From Clostridia bacterium (GTDB taxonomy: Bacteria; Bacillota; Clostridia; UMGS1883; UMGS1540): a stretch of 64,000 nucleotides of DNA. The position numbers and the translations under genes are program-made. This document shows, piece after piece, positions 35,139-45,094 of the stretch (position 1 is the first letter of the stretch; each line of letters starts with the position of its first letter). Below the pieces are notes generated by a model, which was given only the letters and a program-made list of their open reading frames with translations, was not told where the DNA came from and did not search any database. Location: the NCBI GenBank assembly GCA_045533905.1, contig JAZSIR010000011.1, forward strand, positions 1-64,000, in the 5' to 3' direction.

Positions 35139-36824
35139 TTACTTTGTAACTGTGTATCGTTTAATTTTGGCGGTAGTCGTTTTTTCCATGGGTTCATCCG
35201 TAATTTCAATGTGCTTGATATACTGATGCTGTGCCATATTGCGGTTTACTTCGTCAATGTCGCCTCTGACCGTTTCTTCGATTTCCTCTTTTGTTTTCCC
35301 TTCAAAGTAATCCTTATTATACACAATGCGGGCGCTGATGATGAAATCATCGCCGCGCGGCGTGCCGTACACCATGCTCTCCGCCACATACGGCAGCGTG
35401 CCGATAAAGGTTTCAATTTCTTCGGGGTACACGTTTTTCCCGTTCTTCAAAACAATAACATTCTTCTTGCGACCGGTGATATATAAAACCCCGTCACGGT
35501 CGAGGCGGCCAAGGTCGCCTGTATGGAACCATCCGTCGCGAATAACCTCGCGCGTGGCTTCCTCGTCCTCATAATACCCGAGCATTACATTCGGGCCTTT
35601 TGCGAGAATTTCACCGATGCCGCGGGCGTCGGGATCCGCAATTTTTATTTCTACGTTGCAAAGCGACTGGCCCACAGAGCCGCGGCGCCGCATTTTTACG
35701 TTTTCGGCCGCGAGCACGGGCGAGGTTTCCGTAAGACCGTACCCTTGCACCGTGGTGATACCGAAATCATTAAAAGCTTCGCAAATTTCGGGGTTTAAGG
35801 CAGATGCGCCGCTTATAATATAGCGCATTTTGCCACCGAGGGCGGCGTGAATATCCTTGAAAAGCTCGCGTCTTTTATCAATGCCGAAGCGAAGCAGGAT
35901 ACGGCTGATTTTTCGTCCCATTTTGAGTTTCTTCTCTTTGCCCTGCTTTTTTACGGTGTGCATAATCTTTTTATGAATGCCTTCGATAATCAGCGGCACG
36001 CACACAAAAACCGTAACCCCGTATTCCACAAGGTTTTGCGCCACGTAGCGGAGCCCGTCGCAAAAAACGTTCGCCGCGCCGTGTGCCAAAAACATAATGG
36101 TGCCCACGTTGCCGAACGTGTGATGGAACGGCAAAAAGGCCATATTCACATCGGTGGGATAAAACTTCTGACTGCGGCACATGCCGTACACATTGGAAAG
36201 CACATTTCGCTGAGAAAGGAGAACGGCTTTTGATTTGGCCGTTGTGCCCGAGGTAAAGAGCATAATACCCGCTTCTTCAGGGAAAAGCTCGGCATCGAGA
36301 TACGCGCGCTCCCCTTCCGAAAGAAGGCGTTCGCCCTCCGAAAGATACTGCGACAAGGTGGGAAGCTCGCCCATATCGTCCATACAGATATAGCTTTTTA
36401 TATCGAGCTCGCCGCTTTCCGAAAGTGCCTTGAAGGTATCATAAAATTCGCCGCTGAAAATTACGCAGTCCGCCCCGCTCCTTCCAAGAAGCGAAACAAT
36501 TTCTCTTTCTGAAAGGCCTTTATCGAGCGGCACTACCATCCCTGCGCCGCACAAAACGGCGAAATAGGAAAGCATCCATTCATATCGGTTTGCGCCGATA
36601 ATCGCAATGCGCCGCCGCGGAAGCGGTGCGGAAAGAAGCGCTGTGCCGAGCCTTTCCATATCTTTTACAAATGCCGTGTATGTAATATACGTATATTCTT
36701 TTTTGCTTTTATCTTTTTTTATAATAAACGCATTGTTTTCGGGATATTTTGCCGCCACGGTATAGAGCATTTGCCGAAAATCTCTGTATTCTTCTGCCTC
36801 GTACATAGTTCTGAAATCGTTCAT
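35139..36824 (-). CDS. Long-chain-fatty-acid--CoA ligase (AMP-binding)
   Basis: FTSGTT..SK, FLP.HH, QGYGLTETSP, KGPNVM.GYY, GWFHTGDLG, GR.KN.I. Confidence 0.9.
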   Translation of the reverse strand: MNDFRTMYEAEEYRDFRQMLYTVAAKYPENNAFIIKKDKSKKEYTYITYTAFVKDMERLGTALLSAPLPRRRIAIIGANRYEWMLSYFAVLCGAGMVVPLDKGLSEREIVSLLGRSGADCVIFSGEFYDTFKALSESGELDIKSYICMDDMGELPTLSQYLSEGERLLSEGERAYLDAELFPEEAGIMLFTSGTTAKSKAVLLSQRNVLSNVYGMCRSQKFYPTDVNMAFLPFHHTFGNVGTIMFLAHGAANVFCDGLRYVAQNLVEYGVTVFVCVPLIIEGIHKKIMHTVKKQGKEKKLKMGRKISRILLRFGIDKRRELFKDIHAALGGKMRYIISGASALNPEICEAFNDFGITTVQGYGLTETSPVLAAENVKMRRRGSVGQSLCNVEIKIADPDARGIGEILAKGPNVMLGYYEDEEATREVIRDGWFHTGDLGRLDRDGVLYITGRKKNVIVLKNGKNVYPEEIETFIGTLPYVAESMVYGTPRGDDFIISARIVYNKDYFEGKTKEEIEETVRGDIDEVNRNMAQHQYIKHIEITDEPMEKTTTAKIKRYTVTK

Positions 36825-36902
36825 GCAATCACCTCATCTGGTTTTGATAATTACATTGTAACATATTGAACTCTTTTTGTCAAGTGCAGGCTTAAAATTT
36901 CT

Positions 36903-38849
36903 CTATTCTGCTTCCATTCTCTGCAGCTTATCACGAAGGCGTGCCGCATCCTCAAACCGCAGCTCTTTTGCAGCCCTCTGCATTTCTTCGGTAAGGCGGC
37001 GCATAATTTCCTCGCGGCTTTCGCGTGTTTCTTCCGCAGCTTCTTCATACACCGTAGCTTCAATAACTTCGTGCACGGCTTTTTGTATCGTTTTCGGCAC
37101 AATGCCGTGTACCTCATTATATTCGCTCTGGATTTTGCGGCGGCGGTTTGTTTCGTTAATTGCGCGGCGCATGGAGCCTGTTTGCGTATCAGCATACATA
37201 ATAACCGTGCCCTCCGCATTTCGCGCGGCGCGGCCGATGGTCTGAATGAGTGACGTTTCGCTTCTGAGGAAGCCTTCCTTATCGGCATCAAGTATCGCCA
37301 CAAGGGAAACCTCGGGAAGGTCAAGCCCTTCGCGAAGAAGATTGATGCCGACGAGCACATCAAAAACACCCATGCGAAGGTCGCGGATGATTTCCATACG
37401 CTCTATCGTTTCTACCCCGTGGTGCATATATTTTACCTTCACGCCCATCTCGCGGAGATATTCCGTCAGATCCTCCGCCATCTTCTTTGTAAGCGTGGTA
37501 ACGAGGACGCGTTCCTTCTTCTCTGTGCGGATATAAATCTCGCCGAGAAGATCGTCAATCTGTCCGGTGACGGGGCGCACCTCCACCTTCGGGTCGAGAA
37601 GACCCGTGGGGCGGATTACCTGCTCCGTAATCTCTGCGGCATGTTCCCGTTCATAGGGCGCGGGCGTGGCACTTACATATACCACCTGCCCTACCCTTTT
37701 TTCAAATTCCGTAAAATTCAAAGGACGATTATCAAAGGCCGACGGCAGACGAAACCCATATTCCACGAGCGTTTCTTTTCGGGCGCGGTCGCCCGCGTAC
37801 ATCGCGCGCACCTGCGGGACAGTTACGTGGCTTTCGTCTATCATCAGAAGATAATCGTCGGGGAAATAATCCATAAGCGTGTACGGGGCACTACCCGGCT
37901 CTCTGCCGCTTATATATCTCGAATAGTTTTCGATGCCCTGGCAAAAGCCGATTTCCTGCATCATTTCAATATCGTAATTCGTGCGCTGGGCAATTCTTTG
38001 TGCCTCTAAAAGCTTTCCTTCGCGCTGAAAATAGGCCACGCGCTCGTCCGCTTCTATACGGATTTGGCGAATCGCCTCCTGAAGGCGTTCGCCTGTGGTT
38101 ACATAGTGGGACGCCGGATAGATGCCCACATGGTTTCGCCGCCCGATAATCTCGCCCGTGAGGACGTCAATTTCCGTAATGCGTTCAATTTCGTCCCCAA
38201 AAAATTCCACACGGATGGCTCTGTCGCCCGAGCCTGCAGGGAAAACTTCAAGAACATCGCCTCTTACGCGGAACTTGCCGCGTGTGAAATTTACGTCATT
38301 TCGGGTATACTGAATATCCACAAGCCGGCGGATAACCTCATCCCTATCCTTTTGCATACCGGGGCGAAGGGACACAATCATACGGGCATAGTCCACCGGG
38401 TCACCAAGGCTATAGATGCACGACACGCTCGACACCACAATCACGTCGCGCCTTTCAAGTAGTGCCGCCGTGGCGCTATGGCGAAGCTTATCGATTTCAT
38501 CGTTTATCTGTGCATCCTTTTCGATATACGTATCCGTCTGCGGAATATAGGCTTCCGGCTGATAATAGTCGTAATACGAAACGAAATACTCTACTGCATT
38601 ATTCGGAAAAAACTCGCGAAACTCATTGCAAAGCTGAGCCGCCAGCGTTTTATTGTGAGCGAGAACCAGTGTCGGGCGGTTGACATTGGCAATAATATTG
38701 GCCATTGTGAAGGTTTTGCCAGAACCTGTAACGCCCAGCAAAATCTGTTCTTTTAGACCCCGGTTCAGTCCATCTGTCAATTTCGCAATTGCCTGCGGCT
38801 GGTCGCCCGTGGGCACAAATTTGGATTGCAGCATAAACTTTTCCGACAT
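36903..38849 (-). CDS. uvrB: Excinuclease ABC subunit B
   Basis: [35 protein letters not shown]-terminal UVR domain FEDAARLRD. Confidence 0.98.
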   Translation of the reverse strand: MSEKFMLQSKFVPTGDQPQAIAKLTDGLNRGLKEQILLGVTGSGKTFTMANIIANVNRPTLVLAHNKTLAAQLCNEFREFFPNNAVEYFVSYYDYYQPEAYIPQTDTYIEKDAQINDEIDKLRHSATAALLERRDVIVVSSVSCIYSLGDPVDYARMIVSLRPGMQKDRDEVIRRLVDIQYTRNDVNFTRGKFRVRGDVLEVFPAGSGDRAIRVEFFGDEIERITEIDVLTGEIIGRRNHVGIYPASHYVTTGERLQEAIRQIRIEADERVAYFQREGKLLEAQRIAQRTNYDIEMMQEIGFCQGIENYSRYISGREPGSAPYTLMDYFPDDYLLMIDESHVTVPQVRAMYAGDRARKETLVEYGFRLPSAFDNRPLNFTEFEKRVGQVVYVSATPAPYEREHAAEITEQVIRPTGLLDPKVEVRPVTGQIDDLLGEIYIRTEKKERVLVTTLTKKMAEDLTEYLREMGVKVKYMHHGVETIERMEIIRDLRMGVFDVLVGINLLREGLDLPEVSLVAILDADKEGFLRSETSLIQTIGRAARNAEGTVIMYADTQTGSMRRAINETNRRRKIQSEYNEVHGIVPKTIQKAVHEVIEATVYEEAAEETRESREEIMRRLTEEMQRAAKELRFEDAARLRDKLQRMEAE

Positions 38850-38879
38850 GTTCTCACTCCTTTCTTTTCAGATGCTTTT

Positions 38880-41800
38880 TTACTCGCAGATTTCTGCATG
38901 AAGCTCCTGCAGGGACTTCATCACACCGCACCCCGGCTTATGCATCGATTTGATGCCGCTTGCGGCAGCCTTTGCGGCGGCAATGGTGGTAATGTAGGGT
39001 ACCTTCTTTTTGATGGCGGCTTTTCGCAAATAGCTGTCATCCGTAGCGCTTTCATCGCCCGAAGGGGTATTGATGATAAGGTCCACCTTGCCGTTTATAA
39101 TCATATCATGAATATCCGGTCTTCCTTCTCCTAATTTATACACAAACTCTGAGAGAACGCCGGCATCCGTCAGAACCTTTTGTGTGTTCTTGGTAGCCAG
39201 AATTCGGAAACCTGCATTCTGTAAATCACGTGCTACTTCCAGTACTTCTTCTTTATCCTTGCTGTTGACAGAAATCAGAACGTTGCCCGAAAGCGGCAGC
39301 TCGGTCTGTGTGGCTTCCTGTGCCTTTATAAAGGCTTCGCCGTAAAAGTGCGATAATCCCAGCACTTCCCCGGTGGAACGCATTTCAGGGCCGAGCAGCG
39401 GGTCCACCTCCGGGAACATATTGAAGGGGAAAACGGCTTCTTTTACGCCGTAATACGGAATTTTCCGTTCGCGAAGGTCGGGCACGGGCGATTTCCTGCC
39501 AGTAAGCTCTGCCGTTACAATATCAATCGCCAGAGGGACCATACGGATATTGCAGACCTTCGACACAAGCGGCACGGTGCGGGAAGCTCTGGGATTGGCT
39601 TCAAGCACGAACACCTTGCCGTCTTCAATGGCATACTGCATATTCATAAGGCCTTTTACGCCCATTTCTTCTGCAATCTTTCGGGTATATTCCTTAATCG
39701 TCGCCACATTTTCTTCTGAAATATGGCGGGAAGGAATAATACAGGCAGAGTCGCCGGAGTGCACGCCCGCAAGCTCGATATGCTCCATAACGGCGGGAAC
39801 AAACGCGTGCTTACCGTCGCTTATGGCATCGGCTTCACATTCCAGTGCATGGTTTAGGAAACGGTCGATAAGGATGGGACGGTCCGGCGTAACACCTACC
39901 GCGGCCGCCATATACTTTTTAAGATTTTCGGAGTCGTACACAACTTCCATTCCCCGCCCGCCGAGCACGTAGGAAGGACGCACCATTACGGGATAGCCAA
40001 TCTTTTCGGCAATCGCAAGCGCTTCCTCCACGGTAACTGCCATACCGGATTCAGGCATCGGAATCCCGAGCTTTTCCATCATCGCACGGAATAAGTCTCT
40101 GTCCTCCGCCAGATCAATAACAGACGGCGGTGTGCCTAAAATTTTAACACCGTTCTTTTCGAGATCGGCTGCCAGGTTCAAAGGCGTCTGCCCGCCAAAC
40201 TGCGCAATGACGCCGACGGGTTTTTCCTTATGATAAATACTGAGAACATCCTCAAGCGTAAGCGGCTCAAAGTAAAGCTTGTCGGAAGTGTCGTAGTCCG
40301 TAGATACGGTTTCGGGATTGCAGTTGACAATAATGGTAGCAAAGCCCAGTTTCTTGAGCGCCAAAGACGCGTGCACACAGCAATAGTCAAATTCAATGCC
40401 CTGCCCGATTCTGTTGGGGCCACCGCCCAAAATCATAACCTTCGGTTTTTCTTCGGCAATGGGATTTTTGTCCGTGCCGTTATAAGTGGAATAATAGTAG
40501 GCCTTATCCTCTGTCCCGCTGACGTGCACGGGCTCCCATGTTTCGGTGATGCCGAGCGCCATCCGGCGCGCGCGGATGCTGTCTTCCGGGATTTCCAGAA
40601 TCTGGCTTACATACTTATCGGAGAACCCGTTTTGCTTCGCGCTACGCAGTGCTTCGTCAGAGGGCAAGCTTCCCTTCCATTCCATAAGCGCCTGTTCCTC
40701 CTGCACCAATTCCTGCATTTCCCGGATAAACCAATGCTTCACATGTGTAATGGCATGAATTTCTTCAATAGTGGCGCCTTTTCGCAGTGCTTCATACATC
40801 ATAAAATGTCGTTCGCTTGAAGGCGTATGCAAGCGGCGAAGAAGTTCTTCTTTGGAAAGCGTATTAAAATCTTTTGCATACCCAAGGCCGTAGCGTCCCG
40901 TTTCCAGACTGCGGATAGCCTTCTGGAACGCTTCTTTATAGGTTTTGCCGATACTCATAACCTCGCCGACCGCGCGCATCTGTGTGCCGAGCTTATCTTC
41001 TACACCCTTGAATTTTTCAAACGCCCAGCGTGCGAATTTGATGACGACATACTCGCCGTCCGGCACATATTTATCCAGCGTGCCGTACTTTCCGCAGGGG
41101 ATATCCCGGAGCGTAAGCCCTGTTGCAAGCATTGCAGAAACCAAAGCAATCGGAAAGCCGGTGGCTTTTGATGCCAGCGCCGACGAGCGGGAAGTGCGGG
41201 GATTAATTTCAATTACGATATCTCGGTCCGTCTTCGGATCATGAGCCCACTGCACGTTTGTACCGCCGATCACCTGCACGGATTCGACGATTTTGTACGA
41301 TTTTTCCTGCAGCCGTTTTTGCACATATTCAGGAATTGTAAGCATCGGCGCAGAGCAGAATGAGTCGCCCGTATGTACACCGAGCGGGTCAATATTCTCA
41401 ATAAAGCAAACAGTAATCATATTGCCGTCTTTATCGCGAACAACCTCAAGCTCGAGTTCCTCCCAGCCGAGGATGGATTCCTCCACAAGCACCTGCCCCA
41501 CAAGGCTTGCCTGCAGCCCGCGTGCGCAAACGGTGCGCAGTTCATCCTCGTTGTACACGAGGCCGCCGCCGGAGCCGCCCATTGTGTACGCCGGGCGTAA
41601 TACTACGGGGTAGCCAAGTTCTTCTGCAATGCCGAGCGCCTCTTCCACAGAATAGGCAACCTCACTTCTTGCCATTTCAATGCCGAGGCTATCCATAGTT
41701 TGCTTGAAGGCAACGCGGTCCTCCCCGCGCTCAATCGCATCCACCAAAACGCCGATAACTTCCACATTATATTTTTCCAAAACCCCTGCCTTTGCAAGCT

Positions 41801-42089
41801 CCGAGCAAAGATTCAAGCCCGACTGCCCGCCAAGGTTCGGAAGGAGTACATCAGGGCGCTCTTTTTCGATAATCTGCTCCAGTCTTTTCACATTCAGCGG
41901 CTCAATGTATGTGGCATCTGCCATTTCGGGATCCGTCATAATCGTAGCGGGGTTGGAATTTACCAATACAATTTCATACCCCAGATTCCTTAGCGCTTTG
42001 CAGGCCTGGGTGCCGGAGTAGTCAAATTCGCAGGCTTGTCCTATGATAATAGGACCGGAACCTATAATCAGCGCTTTTTTCTTTTTCAT
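38880..42089 (-). CDS. carB: Carbamoyl-phosphate synthase large subunit
   Basis: IGSGPIIIGQACEFDYSG, GVHTGDS, EINPR.SRSS, GGGPNRIGQGIEFDY, C-terminal MGS domain. Confidence 0.96.
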   Translation of the reverse strand: MKKKKALIIGSGPIIIGQACEFDYSGTQACKALRNLGYEIVLVNSNPATIMTDPEMADATYIEPLNVKRLEQIIEKERPDVLLPNLGGQSGLNLCSELAKAGVLEKYNVEVIGVLVDAIERGEDRVAFKQTMDSLGIEMARSEVAYSVEEALGIAEELGYPVVLRPAYTMGGSGGGLVYNEDELRTVCARGLQASLVGQVLVEESILGWEELELEVVRDKDGNMITVCFIENIDPLGVHTGDSFCSAPMLTIPEYVQKRLQEKSYKIVESVQVIGGTNVQWAHDPKTDRDIVIEINPRTSRSSALASKATGFPIALVSAMLATGLTLRDIPCGKYGTLDKYVPDGEYVVIKFARWAFEKFKGVEDKLGTQMRAVGEVMSIGKTYKEAFQKAIRSLETGRYGLGYAKDFNTLSKEELLRRLHTPSSERHFMMYEALRKGATIEEIHAITHVKHWFIREMQELVQEEQALMEWKGSLPSDEALRSAKQNGFSDKYVSQILEIPEDSIRARRMALGITETWEPVHVSGTEDKAYYYSTYNGTDKNPIAEEKPKVMILGGGPNRIGQGIEFDYCCVHASLALKKLGFATIIVNCNPETVSTDYDTSDKLYFEPLTLEDVLSIYHKEKPVGVIAQFGGQTPLNLAADLEKNGVKILGTPPSVIDLAEDRDLFRAMMEKLGIPMPESGMAVTVEEALAIAEKIGYPVMVRPSYVLGGRGMEVVYDSENLKKYMAAAVGVTPDRPILIDRFLNHALECEADAISDGKHAFVPAVMEHIELAGVHSGDSACIIPSRHISEENVATIKEYTRKIAEEMGVKGLMNMQYAIEDGKVFVLEANPRASRTVPLVSKVCNIRMVPLAIDIVTAELTGRKSPVPDLRERKIPYYGVKEAVFPFNMFPEVDPLLGPEMRSTGEVLGLSHFYGEAFIKAQEATQTELPLSGNVLISVNSKDKEEVLEVARDLQNAGFRILATKNTQKVLTDAGVLSEFVYKLGEGRPDIHDMIINGKVDLIINTPSGDESATDDSYLRKAAIKKKVPYITTIAAAKAAASGIKSMHKPGCGVMKSLQELHAEICE

Positions 42090-42120
42090 ATGGGCATCTC
42101 CTCTTTATAAAAACAAATTT

Positions 42121-43974
42121 TTACTTTTTTTCCCGGAAGTAATCGGTGCGGAGCACAATTTCGTTTACACGCTCCCGTTTATAAAATTTTTCGTTCATAC
42201 TGTCAATATACGCTATCTGGGAAAGGCTCTTCTGTTCCGTATCCGCCTCGGCAAAGTAATAAATCTCCCCGTCATACCACGCGCCACTGCTGAAATAGGT
42301 GTACCCTTCATATGCAGCATCGAAAATATCCCTGCCGAGCCAGTAGGGCGTCTTTTCAAGACCGAAAAGATTCACTACCGTTGGCAGAATATCAAGCGTA
42401 TTCGTCACCTTGTTGATTTTTATGCCTGAAAGGTCTTTTGCATAAATGAAAAACGGCGCCTTTTCAAGCATATTCGGATTTTTCGCGTCGGACAAAGCAT
42501 AGAGCTTTTCCCAGCTCGAAAGCCCATAGGCGAAATGGTCGGAAAATGCTACGATAACCGTGTTGTCCATCTTTCCGTCCGCCTCCAGCTTTTCAAGAAG
42601 GATACGGAAGAACTCATCCGTATCGTGCGCCAGAATACGCGCATTATTGATTTCTGCATCCATCTGCCTGTCTATAAGGTGCGGGTAGTCGGCACGAATC
42701 TTGGAAAGCTTCGTATCCATATAGGTGTACGGCAGATGCGCGGAGTACGTAATGATATAATCAAAGAACGGTTTGTCCTGCGTGGGCACCATCTTTTCGT
42801 AGAGCTTCTCGTTCTTTATGGCCGTACCGTCGCACTGGGCTTCGCGCTCTGTCATATACGTCTGGTACGAAACATATTCCTCGTACCCGAACGCCTTATG
42901 CATATCGCCGCGGTTATAAAAATCGGGCGTGTTGAAATGGAAGGAGCGCGTCTCGTACCCTTTTTTCTTGAACTGGTTCGCAAGCGAATACGGATAGGCA
43001 TTTTGCGAAAGCGCCGCCGCGGGCGTTCCGGCCGCCATGGCGTGATAGCCGGTATTTACGGTAAATTCTGTATTGAAAGTGTAGCCCGTGCCGAAGGTAG
43101 AGGCGAAATGATTCGTAAAATTGATGCCGTTTTTCATCATATAGGAGATGGTGGGCGTGTACTTTTCATCTATCATCCACCCGTCCATACTCTCCATCAT
43201 AACCATAATCACGTTTTTGCCCTCGAAAAGCCCTGTCATATCATTCTCGGGAGAAGGTGTATTTTCGGCAAAGTAGTCCGCGGCCGCACCTGCCGAATCG
43301 GCGAGGAGGTCTTTTTCCGGGAAGGTCATACGAAGCACATTTCGAAATACATACTGGTATGCCCCTGCCGTGTGCATCGAGCGGGCCGTATCCGTAAAGT
43401 TTCTGTATACGCCCTTGGCGTACAGAACGTCGGTACTTTGCGGCTCGGTGCCTTGCCCTGCATCGGTCATCATAAACGTGTGGAGCGTTACGAGCCCTAA
43501 AATCGGCACCAGAATCCATAGCCCCGACGGCGAAAACCGTTCCTTTCTCCAGTGGCGGAAGGTGACGATAATGAGAAAAATCTCGAGTACCGCCGAAAGC
43601 AGAAGCCAAATATCTATAAAGCCCAGAATATAGCCGGAGTAATCCATCGCCTGCCCCGTCATCCCGACATTATCGAGCCAGAAAAACTGATTGAAAATGC
43701 AGAAATACACATAGCCCGATAGCATAAACACCGCAAAAAGCGAGGCAATACCAAGATACAAAGCGCGCCCCCACCTGCGCGATACAAAGCCGGTTAAAAG
43801 AAGCACAAAGAAAGAAACCCAGAGCACCGTAAAAAGTGCAGGCACACCTCGAAGCGCCTCAATCTGATACGATGCGCTTTTGGCACGGAGCACCACATCG
43901 GGCAGCAAAAGAGACAAAACCATCGTATATAGGAACAGATTTCGTTTTAGAAAGTTTTTTATTTTTTCTGCCAT
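42121..43974 (-). CDS. LTA synthase family / sulfatase-domain membrane protein
   Basis: Five N-terminal TMs; NVIMVMMES, T.NTEF, FYNR, HLPY, FSDH, DILPT. Confidence 0.85.
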   Translation of the reverse strand: MAEKIKNFLKRNLFLYTMVLSLLLPDVVLRAKSASYQIEALRGVPALFTVLWVSFFVLLLTGFVSRRWGRALYLGIASLFAVFMLSGYVYFCIFNQFFWLDNVGMTGQAMDYSGYILGFIDIWLLLSAVLEIFLIIVTFRHWRKERFSPSGLWILVPILGLVTLHTFMMTDAGQGTEPQSTDVLYAKGVYRNFTDTARSMHTAGAYQYVFRNVLRMTFPEKDLLADSAGAAADYFAENTPSPENDMTGLFEGKNVIMVMMESMDGWMIDEKYTPTISYMMKNGINFTNHFASTFGTGYTFNTEFTVNTGYHAMAAGTPAAALSQNAYPYSLANQFKKKGYETRSFHFNTPDFYNRGDMHKAFGYEEYVSYQTYMTEREAQCDGTAIKNEKLYEKMVPTQDKPFFDYIITYSAHLPYTYMDTKLSKIRADYPHLIDRQMDAEINNARILAHDTDEFFRILLEKLEADGKMDNTVIVAFSDHFAYGLSSWEKLYALSDAKNPNMLEKAPFFIYAKDLSGIKINKVTNTLDILPTVVNLFGLEKTPYWLGRDIFDAAYEGYTYFSSGAWYDGEIYYFAEADTEQKSLSQIAYIDSMNEKFYKRERVNEIVLRTDYFREKK

Positions 43975-44172
43975 ACAAAATTCCTTTCTTTTCAGGAAAG
44001 ATTTATATAAGGGACAGATACCGACTTTTTTACTGCATTGCGATCGCGGGCTGCTATAAAAACTATATCCTCTGCATATGCCCTTCTCTCCTTGATTGCA
44101 GGAATGCAATATTGATTATTTCTACCAACATTTGAAATCTCTGCTATAAATGAGTAAGGTTTGGGCACAAAC

Positions 44173-44838
44173 TTACAGCATAAGGCTTTTAAGCGAATCT
44201 CCCTTATCTATATAAATGGTTGCCGTTTTTCTGATTTCATCCTGACCGTAGTTGTATTTATCATAAATTCCAACTGTTTTCATTCCTAGTTTATCCGCAG
44301 TACATATTGCAATATGTGAATCTTCTATTATACAGGTTTTATCTGCCGGCGTTCCAAGACATTCAAGCGCATTCAAGTATATATCCGGTTTGTCTTTGCC
44401 TTTGCCGATTTCTGCACACGAAAGAATATCTGTAAAATATTTTTCAATTTTACAATGCTTAACAGCAATTTTTATCAAATTGATATCCGTTGCAGAGGCT
44501 ATACACATCTTAATTTCCTTGTTATAGCAGTATTCCAAAAATTCTGCAACGCCTTCTTTCAGTTCAACCTCTTCAGAATAGAAATCTATCATTATTTTAT
44601 TTGCAGTTTCAAACAACTCGTTCCCTGTTTCCCCGATATTGTACTTCGTATGTATATAGTCCATTGCATCTTTTAGCGTCATTGTTCTTACTGCTTTGTC
44701 GTCAGCTGATGAAGGTGCAAAACTTTTTCCTTCACAAAATAAACTGCCAAAATTCTTCCAAATTACATCCCACAACATCAAGGAATCAACCAAAGTTCCA
44801 TCCATATCAAATATTGCACCCTTAATATTTTGAAACAT
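44173..44838 (-). CDS. HAD family phosphatase (low GC)
   Basis: IFDMDGTLVDS, IASAT, K.KPD.Y, IIEDS; AAGGAG RBS. Confidence 0.9.
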   Translation of the reverse strand: MFQNIKGAIFDMDGTLVDSLMLWDVIWKNFGSLFCEGKSFAPSSADDKAVRTMTLKDAMDYIHTKYNIGETGNELFETANKIMIDFYSEEVELKEGVAEFLEYCYNKEIKMCIASATDINLIKIAVKHCKIEKYFTDILSCAEIGKGKDKPDIYLNALECLGTPADKTCIIEDSHIAICTADKLGMKTVGIYDKYNYGQDEIRKTATIYIDKGDSLKSLML

Positions 44839-45094
44839 TCTCCATTTCTCCTTTCGACAGCTTACCATATGCAAACACAATACGGTATGAATTCTTGTCA
44901 CGTCAGCGGCATATTGCGTGTGAAGCACATTTCGGGAATTCGTAAGAATTCATATCGATGTGTTGCAATGGCCATACAGAAATATTATACCACGGTCAAT
45001 ACAAAAATTGCAAGAATCTCCGCGGATTTCCTCTTTTTATTTGACGGACTTCCCCGCATATGGTATACTGGTAAAAAAGAAAGGAGGTGCCGCG

